Shown here one piece after another: positions 50,613 through 61,906 of a stretch of 64,000 bases of DNA. Numbering within the stretch: the first letter of the stretch is position 1; the number at the start of each line of letters is the position of its first letter. The translations under genes were made by a program, and so were the position numbers. The notes beneath the pieces are model-generated. The model did no database searches and had not been told where the DNA came from. It worked only from the letters and a program-made list of their open reading frames with translations. This DNA is from Eledone cirrhosa (taxonomy: Eukaryota), in NCBI GenBank assembly GCA_964016885.1, contig OZ024746.1:11904001-11968000 (forward strand), in the 5' to 3' direction.

Positions 50613-51888
50613 TTCATGGACTGTTTTTACGTGTATCTATCTCCCTTAGCATATCTTAACAGATGGTTAACAGAAAATCTCTAAACCAACAATAGCAATG
50701 ACCCCCCCCCCCCCCCCCCCAACAGCAATGACACCACCAACAACAACAACAACAACAACAACAACCACCAGTCGAAGTGAAAACGTCTATGTGGTTGGTT
50801 AACCTGCTAGAAATAGCTACCAAATATTTCTTATATCACACTATATGGCAGGACACATTGCGTACTTGAAACTAAAAACACATAGGACAGTCACAGCTGG
50901 AAAGTCTGCTTAATCAGGGTTGACCAGAGATTAAATGACAACATGAACAACAGGAAACTCTCTTCCATCATGACTGACCATGGGTTTGCACCGAGAAAGT
51001 TCCTCTCTGAAGTAGAATCTCAGGCGAGGTTTGTTTGTGGAAGACCAGCAGTCACTCATGCATACCAGTCCCCCCTCTCCACACCACTGATGTTGTTCAA
51101 GAGAAAGGCAATAGGCTGATACAGCTTGGCGCCAGTGACATCACAACTCATATTTTCTAGCTGAGTGAACTTGAGCAATGTGAAATAAAGTGTCTTGCTC
51201 AAGGACTCAATAGATTGCTTGGTCCAGGAACTGACCTCACAACCTCGCGATAGTGAATCCAACTCTCTAAACACTGAGCCACACATCTTCACTCATGAAC
51301 AACAACATCATCATCAACACCACCAACAACAGCAACAACAACAAGACAACTATAAAAACAGCAACAACACAACAAAGTACAACAAAAGCAGCTAACCCAG
51401 ATTAGGTTATGCTCAGTTTATTTGCTTTAACATATCAAATCTTTCTCTGAGTAAAGATATCTCTTTTATTAACCAACGACAAGTGTGTTGAGCAAAAATA
51501 AAACAAGCTGTGCTGTAGTTTATGATCAGGTAAAATTATGTCATCCATTAATGTGACAGTATATTCACATATATCTATATCCTTCTATATTCCACACTGT
51601 AAATATGGTTGGTATTAGGAAGGGCATCCAGCCTTAGAAAACCTGCCAGACAGTCCTATACGAGCGAGACTCGGTCACCCGACTAATCTTGCCTCAAGTG
51701 GGACAACTTCTGTCTAACCCATGCTAGCAAGGAAGATAGACGTTAAACAATGATGATGATGATGATGACCCTTACAAGGAGGAAGTTTCTTTGTACGCTG
51801 ACTGCTAATAACACAAAATAAAATTGATAATAAATAAGATTTTTTAAATATTTTCACCAAATCTAACCTGCATTATGACTTTTCTCTC

Positions 51889-51957
<69 letters not shown>

Positions 51958-53633
51958 ACACACACACACATGCCTCAAATGCACCACCGGTTATATCAAG
52001 TAGAGAAATTCTCCATGTTGAGCATGATTTCAACATTAAAACTGAGGAGGCTGAAATAGAAGCAGCTATTAAAGGCCCTGCATTGGTGACTTTCAATATG
52101 CAGACAATATCGACCTGTTGGAGAATGAATTTAAAAGTAGTCAAAAACAACATAACACACTGGCCTCTACAGCTACAGATGTATGTTTCAGACATTAGTC
52201 CTTCATCAGTAAAGAGTTAAGTTAAAAAAAAGAAGCAGTCAGAAGGTCAAAGAAAAAAATAAAAGATTTATCAGGATGGGTGAAATAGGCAGGCAAGTAG
52301 TTTGGTGTGGTAGAGGTGGGTGTGCTTAGGTGGTTACAGAGTGTCTGAGTCTATCATTGGTGTTGATATGTGTGTGTGTGTGGATGAGGTGCATTTTGTG
52401 AGTGCACATTTTTTTGTTTGTTTGTGTTTATGTGCAGGTATGTGTGTTGGAGTGGTGTATGTGTATGTGGTTTGGTCTATGTGTGTGTATTCTACCTAAA
52501 CTAGAAGGTATCTTTATTCTTCCTCTTCATATTGTTCTTCTATTTCTTATTTTATATCATTTTCTTCTTATTTCTATCCAAGTTCCAATTAATTTTTCTT
52601 TCCCTTTCATACCCATGTTTTCCTTCTATTTCTCCTTTTTTGTTTTTGGTCTTATTATCTTGACCTTGATCTCTCTCTCTCTCTCCACCATCTTTCTACA
52701 TTATTTTCTCTACAGTAACTTTCTCAGTTTTTCTCTTACATCCTCCTTTTTCTTTCTCTCTTTCTCTTTTTGTGCCTAGCCAGGTGTAATCATTTTTGGA
52801 TGAAGTTCCAAACTAAATTACAACACAGTTCTTTATTTCTTAACTAAAGCTAAAGAAATATATCACAAACACACAAACATGGCTTCTTTACACTCACCAG
52901 AACATTTTTTTATATCAATGATGATAATGATAGTAATGATGATAATGATGTTGATAGCTTAAAATACATTATTATATATAATGTTATGTGTGTGAGGATT
53001 CTATTAGATCAAATCAGTGAATGTTTTTTTTTCTTCCTTTGCCTCTCCATTGAAGAATTTGATTGTGTTAAGGAGCTCATAACCACACTATCTGTATTCC
53101 TATATGTGATTCTTTGGTGAGGCCTTTGTGCATCAGTGCAATCAATGTTAGTTGCACAAATCTACGTTTTAGGTTCAGAAAATACAAAAGGAGAACTATG
53201 CACCATTGCTTACACTCTCTCTCTCACTCATCCTGTCTCGCTCTTTCTCACACAACAATGTGCTCCTGTGTGTGTGTGTGTGTATGTGTGAATACACATA
53301 CACACACATACGTATATATATACTTATATATACATACATATGTATATATATTTACACATATACATATATACACACACACATATATATATATATATATACA
53401 CACATACCCACCTCCATATATATATATATACATACATATGTATATATATATATACACATATACATATATACACACACACATACATATATATATATATATT
53501 CACACATACATATATATATATATATATACACACATACCCACCTCCATATATATATATATACATACATATGTATATATATTTACACATATACATATATACA
53601 CACACACATACATATATACACACATACCCACCT

Positions 53634-53676
<43 letters not shown>

Positions 53677-54686
53677 TAAGAAATGGTTGTTTTGGAAGCC
53701 TCTACAATGCAGATGAGTAAATCTTCAGGTAACAGGTTCAGGTGTCAGTAGGAAGAGATATGTAGAAAGAAACGTAAAAAGACACATATACATATACATA
53801 TATCCACCTGTTTATGGTAGGGCCAATAATGTTAGAACTGCACGCAGTCTTGAAGAGATGATTCCAATGAAATGATGTAGTGAAAGCTGTAGTTTCTGTA
53901 GTGGCCTTTCATTGGATAAGGTTCCAACAAACATTCTAATTGAGCTAGTCTCACACACACACATATTGTCTTGCTCATATGGGAACTGATTCTGGCTTGA
54001 TTTCTACAGCTGGATGCCCTCCCTAACACCAACCTCATTTACAGGGAGTGCTGGGAGCTTTTTTTCCATGGTGCCTACACAACCACTTTACAGTGTGGAC
54101 TGGGTGCTATTTTGCTGTGGTACCTCCATATATATCTTCATAAAAAGAAATACCTGGGACTGTGTAAATGTGTATATAAATTTAAGCCTTTTCGGTATAT
54201 AGGTATATAAATTAGACAAATATATGTATTTTCCTGCAGACTGAAAAAATGCTAAACATTTTTAACCAGTTTCCAAGTATATCATCTAAAAAACCACAAG
54301 GAAACACATAACTGAGGGGTATATACACCATATCACTTATAGCAATATCCTGAAATGGATCTACTAATTTGCATATAATTAAAGTACATATTAAGTTGTG
54401 TGTTAAGCAACCAAAGTATATGATAAAGTTATATCTGTGTATATACTGTAGAAGTACTTGAGACTGTAAATATGTATATAAATTTATATATTTTTAGTAT
54501 ATAGGCATATAAACACGCCAAATATACGTATCTCCCGATAAAGTCAACTCTGACACAACTATGTATTTGAAACAAGACAACAACACTTTGATAGTCATCA
54601 CTTGGTTTAACAATAGAAATTTATCCATTTCACTGTTAACTATTGTCCTTCCATAAGTTAGAACCATCTTCTAAAAGTCATAAATT

Positions 54687-55206
54687 TCACCAAAAGATGC
54701 AATATATCACACAAAAAGAGCTGTAAATAATTTGCTTGCTTGGAGATGCTTCTTCTAACAAATATGCTTGCTCGTTTAAGAAGGATAGAACTGGCTGTAT
54801 TAATATCACTTTGGGGAGCTTAAATGTGGCTGAATTATGTGAGCTAGTAGGCTTGGATAAGTCTTTTAATGGTACTAGTGTAGACCAGTACAGCGATGGC
54901 AAGTTCATGATTAAAACAAAACAAAAACATGTCAGCTCACAGCTGACATCCCCAGGAAATGAAAATTATAGAGTTCAACTATTTGGGGTTGAGGGCAACG
55001 AAATGAACCTTATAACGGTAAATTTCATGTATGTCACACTTAACGTTAAACTCAAAATCCTATTAACTCTTCAAGAAACCTAATACTACATCATTATACA
55101 TCCACACCTAATCCAACCACATCATCAAACATGTAGAAATAAGCATCGGTACCTTCTGTACAGGGCTCCAGAGAACTATGGTGAAGCAGTATCTTGTAGC
55201 CAACGT
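54687..55206 (-). other. candidate pair of exons of an unidentified gene (55206..55153, 54874..54687)
   Basis: Strong tttttttag acceptor and AAG|gtaccg donor around a 54-nt exon; phase-compatible with ORF 54687..54908; no recognised homology. Confidence 0.3.
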
Positions 55207-56476
55207 CTAAAAAAACAAAATAAATAAGTACTTACTAACATTATCTAGCTACTGCCCTAAAATCACTAAGAAATCAAATATTACATGTTATAACCTACTA
55301 CACAATATTAGTGTAAAACCAGTGTTGCAAATAATTCCCTCTCCCTAATAGGAAAATATTTCCAGATTGGCCATAAATATCACAAGTTGTTCCACAAAAC
55401 AACATTTACATGAGCTATTTGATATATTCAGATATATTCAAAAAGTGAAATAAATAATAAAAAAAAAAATGTTCTTTTCTAAAAGTTGTAAAACAAATAA
55501 CACGAAATAACAACACAAGTCCTAGATTAAACTGATTGCTATTTGTTTTTCAACTTTTATTTAAATGAAACACAAAAAAACAAACAATCCAGACTTCCTG
55601 CATCCTTCTTTACAAAAAAGTCAATAAATATGGATGTATCATGTTGACAATAAAAGGATTTCAACCTCAATCTAATTCAGGTTTTTACATATGAAATGCT
55701 CATGGCTATTTTTTTACACCAAACAGTTGGATCATAAATATTGATGAAACCAATATTTTCAACAGCAAAGTCTCAACATCTCACTGCACAGACATTAATG
55801 AGCTAAACTATAAACTGGCAAACTATAGATTCCCACTACAAGCAATTGGAAGCTAATATTAAAATATGTGTGTTTGTGTGTGAGAGCAAAACACTTCATT
55901 TCACTTTGCTCCAGTATACGCAGCTGAAAAGGAGTACCAGCAATAGCTGGGGGTGTAACTCTGCAATGGATAAGCATATATAGTTCAAAGAAACGACAGA
56001 AGTACAAAAGGTCTTATTAGTTTCACATTTTATATGGAAAAGGGGAGTACAAAAGTAGAGACAGGATCACAAAGGATAGATGTAGAAAATAATATATATG
56101 GACACAATAGAATAGGGAGTTTTACTGAGTACATCACAACCTCTCTAGTGCTGGTGCAACAACAAAATGTTCCCAGTACACTCTGTAAAATAATTAGTGG
56201 TTAGAATTAGGAAGGGCATCCAACCATAGAAACCATGTACAAATATGGAATGTCTGAGCAAGTTGTGGTCTCACCTAACCATCTAGTCAGATCTGGATAA
56301 CACGTCCAACACATGCCAGGATGGAAAGCAGACATTAAATGATGATGATGATATAACATACAAATATATTCCTGAAATAGACAAGTATATAACTAAAGAA
56401 GATAAATATATAGCCAAAAGAGATAGTTATTATTATCATTATAATTATTATTGTTATTATTATTATTATTATTATG

Positions 56477-56665
56477 GTAGTGGATTGGCAGTATCAGTAG
56501 AGCGTCGGACACCATGCTTTGCACCATGGAGTCACGGCCCTTTAAGTTTTGAGTTCAAATCCCGCCGAGGTTAGCTTTGCCTTTCATGCTTAAGGGGTCG
56601 ATAAAATAAATCACCAGTAATGTACTGGGGTAATTGCTGGCCTTGTGCCAAAAGCAGAAACAATT
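56477..56665 (+). mobile_element. family A SINE inserted in (ATT)n
   Basis: A/B boxes, core, GGCCTTGTGCC tail. Confidence 0.85.
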
Positions 56666-57744
56666 ATTATTATAAGGAGTAGTAGTAGCAGTAGCAGCAG
56701 TATTCCTATTGAAGCTTTTATTGGACAGCTGAGCCTCGCTGTGAGAAGAGCTCTAACAGTGATATGTTCTGTATGTTGTATATATGTGAATGTCCTGGGG
56801 GCTTGCGTTATATATTTTATTGCATCACATTTTAATAATTCCCAAGACATGTATTAATATGGAGATTGTTTTCAGTCCATAAATTCTCATTAAATCTATT
56901 TCCAGATCTTTTCATTTGGATAATTTCTCCAATTCTTTTATTGCTGTCCATTAAAACTGCACAGATGAAACCTTTACATTCTAAATTCAATTCCTGCTGG
57001 TCAGCTATGCTTTTTATCTTTTCAAAGTCAATAAAAATAAGTTTTGGGATCAATCTATTCGACTATATCTCAACCCCCACCCCACATCAATTTGTGGCCC
57101 TGTGCCTATCTTAGAAATCATTACTATTAAGGTAGTAGGGTATGTTTTGGGGGAGATTGACTGCTATTTCTGCTGTCTAAGCAACCACATAAAAGCTTTA
57201 TCTTTTAATCACATAATAGCTCCTGCATTCACTAAAAGCTGTAGTCATCTCTTAATCTATTGAAGATTTCACTACATCTCTTTTTGTTTTTTTTTAACTT
57301 TCATTGCTTACACATAACACAACAGCCCTCTAATCTCTAGTGAAATCAAAGATTTGACTAGAGATTATTGAAGATGGTATACAGTCACAAAATTAAACTG
57401 TAACAAATGGAATATGAAGAAATGAGAAACCAAAGAGACCCTTTTTTTTTCCACTTAAAAAAAAATGTCTGCTGTCATAATGAAATGGTTTCATCTACTA
57501 TCTAAATTCAAGTGATATAATTCTGGATGCTCCTAGTACTCAGTAAATTAATCTTTTGATAACTACTTTAGCAAACATGTCAACCAGACTGGTTTTTTGT
57601 GGTATTTGGGTATCTAGTAACAAGATTACTTTTCATGAAAATATTTGCAAACTTAATCAAAAATGATTTCAGAAAATAAGAAAAATGAGAACTGTTTATT
57701 AAAAATACACACAGATATATATCATTTCATATATGTATATATAA

Positions 57745-57932
57745 TTGTTTATACTTTTGGCACAAGGCCAGCAATTATCCCAGTGCATTACTGGTACTTT
57801 ATTTTATCGACCTCATAAGGATGAAAGGTAAAGTTAACCTTGGCGGGATTTGAACTCAGAATGGCAAGGGCCGCAACTCTATGCGTCAAAGCACGGCGTC
57901 CGACCCTCTACCGATACTGCCAATCCACCGCC
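57745..57932 (-). mobile_element. family A SINE with 16-bp TSD
   Basis: TSD TATATGTATATATAAT at 57730-57745 and 57935-57950. Confidence 0.87.
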
Positions 57933-58364
57933 TTTATATGTATATATAATATGTGAGTTTGTATGTGTGTGTGTCTTATTTTGAATCAGTTATAGAAATG
58001 AGAAATTTTAATAAATAATGTTTTTTATGTTGCCAAAAAAAAATTAGTTTCCATTTAAGAGGCAAGAAAACTTGATAATGCCTTCTCAGTATCATGGGAG
58101 CTACTAAGCTAAGATAAAGGATCTACTAGTTAGAATCATATATTCTGTAGAATGCTGTTACATTTTTATGTTTGTTTTTTCTACAAATTATTCCATCTCA
58201 TTTTAGAAATGTAAAATAGATTTCTTCCTTTGACACAACGCAACAAATTTATAATGGAAGGGAAATAAGGTTTTGTATCATTCATGTGTTTCTTAGGAGT
58301 TCAAGAAACCTAATAAATAAATAATAATTGTATATAATTTAAACACAAGTCCTTATATATATAT

Positions 58365-58773
58365 CATCATCATCATCATCGTTTAATGTCTATCTTCCAC
58401 GCTAGCATGGGTTATACAGGAGTTGTTCCACTTGAGGCAAGATTGGTGACCGTATCTCACTCGTATAGGACTATCTGGCAGGTTTTCTACAGTTGGATGC
58501 CCTTCCTAACACCAACCACGTTTACAGTGTGGACTGGGAGCTTTTAACCGTGTTACCTACACGGCCACATTACAGTGTGGACTGTGTGTTTTTTTTTGTT
58601 GTGACGCCTACACGACCTCATTAGTTTGGACTGGATGTTGTGGTACCAACATAACTTTACAGAGAAAGGGTGGTGTTGGTGGGATTGGGAGTAGGGGTAG
58701 TGGGTTGGGGTGTATATTTGGTTAAGAAGTGCCTACTGACTGTAGGTTTCACTTTGTACATAGGCAAGGCGGG
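58365..58773 (-). mobile_element. 3'UTR-only copy of the same RTE LINE family
   Basis: Colinear with 61925-62310, including GCCTACTGACT..TTTGTA..AGGCGGG and the (GAT)n tail. Confidence 0.8.
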
Positions 58774-59219
58774 ATATATATATATATATATATACATGTG
58801 GTGTTAGGAAGAATATCCAGCTGTAGAAACCAAGCCGAAATCAGTTCTGTATGAGCAAGACATGGTCACTTGACCTGGCCTATCTTACAACAACACATTC
58901 TAACATGGAAAAAAATGGATGTTATATGGTAATGGTGATGGTGATGGTGATGATGATGATGATATATATATATGATGTAAATGACCTAACCATTTGTAGC
59001 ACTAATCTCTGAAAACTGGTTAGCCACTTGATCACTTAAAACTCAGGCGGATACATGTTTCCTGGTGGTATATAATTGGATATTAGCCAGGAAATAGGAA
59101 AAACAGATGGTGGGGAGTAATATACCACTCAACATAGTGTGTTGTTGTGTTAGAGTAAGAGATAGATAAACTCGGATACACAAAACAATCTGGAGAGGAA
59201 AGTATAGAAGTTGAAATAT

Positions 59220-60860
59220 CTACTGCTCGACCTAAGTTAACAAAAAAAAAAAAAATCATTGTTAGCTTAAGCATATGTGAAGAGGAAGGAGACAGAGATC
59301 TGCAGCATAGAAGACAACTGGAAGTTTCTATGAGACATTCTACTGTATGTCACAGAGCAGTAAAGTGATATGGTAGAGCCATACTATGAGACATTCTACT
59401 GTATGTCACAGAGCAGTAAAGTGATATGGTAGAGCCATACTATGAGACATTCTACTGTATGTCACAGAGCAGTAAAGTGATATGGTAGAGCCATACTATG
59501 AGACATTCTACTGTATGTCACAGAGCAGTAAAGTGATATGGTAGAGCCATACTATGAGACATTCTACTGTCACAGAGCAGTAAAGTGATATGGTAGAGCC
59601 ATACTATGAGACATTCTACTGTATGTCACAGAGCAGTAAAGTGATATGGTAGAGCCATACTATAAGACATTCTACTGTATGTCACAGAGCAGTAAAGTGA
59701 TATGGTAGAACCATACTATGAGACATTCTACTGTATGTCACAGAGCAGTAAAGTGATATGGTAGAGCCATACTATGAGACATTCTACTGTATGTCACAGA
59801 GCAGTAAAGTGATATGGTAGAACCATACTATGAGACATTCTACTGTATGTCACAGAGCAGTAAAGTGATATGGTAGAGCCATAAGAGCTAAAAGAGAAGA
59901 GAGAAGCCTTGAAAGAAATGGGAAAGCAAAGAACAACATCAAGAAGTTAGATGTCAGGTATATTTAGCAAGGAGAGAAAAGTTGTAAATATTCTGGTCAT
60001 GAAGATCAGAAGCAGATGATGAAACAGTATATCATCATCATCATCACCATTTAGCATCCATTTTTCCATGCTTGCATGGGTTAAATGGGTTGTCCATGTC
60101 GGGAGATAAGTCTGGCCAGAATTGGCCATGCCATACCTTGCTCTGACGAGGACAGTAAATTTGGCCAGGGATTTTACAGCTGGATGCCCTTCCTAACACC
60201 AACCATATTTACAGTATGGATGTGTATTATTATAAATCCAGATGTGGTCAGTGATAACAGGATACTCATACTTACTAATACCAAGCAGATGTGGGCATAA
60301 AAAAACACTAGTATAGGAGGTTGTTGAATAAGGGGAATGCTTAGACACGGGGGGTGGGGTGGGGGTTAACCAATGAACAACAATTAAACATGATAGCTAT
60401 GAAATTAAAAGGGCCATTAAGGACATGAAGTGAAGGAAAGCAGCTGGATCATCAGGGATAGTTGCTGAGATGCTGTAAATGAGGCAGCAAAGCAGGACAT
60501 GTAGTTACTTACATTGTAAATCAGGTAGCAAAGAAAGAGATTATTGCCAATGACTGTCATAGCAATATCATCATTAGCTGCTACATGGGTAAAGGAGATT
60601 CTCTAAATAGAAGAAACTGCAGAGGTATTAAACTGATGGACCAAATTATAAGACTATCAGAAAGAGTAGTAATATAAATAGTTAAGAATAAAATTAGCTT
60701 AGATGAGATGCAGTTTGGGTTTGTGCCAAAGCAGGGTCCTGTTGATACTTTCCTAGAACAGCTTTTTATCAAAGAGCAAACCACTTAACATTCATTGACC
60801 TGAGAAGGTGTCACACTCTGAAGTGTGGCGATTACTAAGAAAACTGGGTGTAAAGAATGG
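59220..60860 (+). mobile_element. degenerate RTE LINE ORF2 fragments, interrupted by a minisatellite and an RTE-tail insertion
   Basis: KAAGSSGIVAEML, GKGDSLNRRNCRGIKLMDQ and EMQFGFVP readable at 60437-60730; RAIRAK-like at 59875-59893. Confidence 0.7.
59328..59883. repeat. 56-bp minisatellite, 10 copies
   Basis: CTATGAGACATTCTACTGTATGTCACAGAGCAGTAAAGTGATATGGTAGAGCCATA x10; one copy has a 4-bp deletion. Confidence 0.97.
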
Positions 60861-61027
60861 TGATGGTGATGATGATGATGATGATGATGATAAGTAGGTG
60901 GCTCATTTGACTTAACACTGACATAATATTTGGATATAATGTATTTTTATAGAAGAATTAGCCTATTATGTATGACTAAATTTCACTGTTTGCATATTTT
61001 AAAAGGACATTTTTACAGATATAAACG

Positions 61028-61210
61028 GATGCAGAAGAACATCAAAGAATTATCAAGTATTTGGTACTTAAGCAATAAGTCAGGCAAGAAATCTTTGAAG
61101 AACTCCAACTGACATATGAAGATGATGCCCTGTTATATACAATTGTGAAATATTGTGTTATAGAGAACAAAGGTGCATAATTGATGAAGAAAATCCTGGT
61201 CAACCTCAAG
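61028..61210 (+). pseudogene. mariner transposase N-terminal relic
   Basis: MDAEEHQRIIKYLVLK..IFEELQLTYEDDALLYTIVKY..IDEENPGQP-like reading (with frameshifts); resembles the mariner HTH region ending SGRP. Confidence 0.55.
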
Positions 61211-61610
61211 GAGTTTGGGAAACTGCCAAAGATTCCTTTAGAACACAGGTTCTCAACCCATTTAGGCGGCCAAACGCCCCCTTTTGTCTCTCGAAATCAC
61301 GAAACGCCCCCCCCCCCCCTATTTTTTCACTTTTTCAATATACTACTGATTTTTATATCAGTAGATTACTAAAAAATTGATTAACAATATTCCAAACATG
61401 TGTGTATTATCTGCTTATGAGTTGTATGTGGTCCTAGATGTGTGTTCTACTTGCTTCTGTTTTTTTCTTTTCTTTTTTTTATTTGTAATATTATTTATAC
61501 AATAGGGAATAAAATAGATCTACATAGTGTTAACTCGTTACGGTTGAGTCAATAATTTCAGACAAGATTCTAACTGTCCGCACTCAAAGTGTCTTTGATC
61601 CAGTTGACTG

Positions 61611-61778
61611 TGGGTTTTTTCATTTTTAGGATCTCAATTACCGGTTAATGTCTCAATTACCAGACATGCCTGCATACCTGCTCACAGCTGCAGAAAGCAT
61701 AACTATAGTCTGACCGCAGCTGTGAGCAGGTGTGCAGGCATGTCTGGTAATTGAGATCCTAAAAAATGGAAAAACCCA
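61611..61778. mobile_element. foldback MITE (long inverted arms)
   Basis: TGGGTTTT..GGATCTCAATTACC..GCTCACAGCTGC mirrored at 61716-61778. Confidence 0.65.
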
Positions 61779-61906
61779 GCGTACCTAAGGTATTGTTCTC
61801 AAAATAAATATCACAATCTCGTAGATTCTATATTATGTGAGATAATTATGAAAGCGGGAGAGACAGTGGCAGTGAGAGTTTGGTTCATTAGTGTTCGGAC
61901 CTGATG

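Noticed and set aside
47468-50649. Pro-, Thr-, Val- and Tyr/Ile/His-rich ORFs
   Set aside because: Translations of pentamer, (GGT)n and TA/CA microsatellites.
59328-59883. Regularly spaced repeats resembling a CRISPR array
   Set aside because: Units are contiguous and identical with no unique spacers; eukaryotic context and no cas genes.
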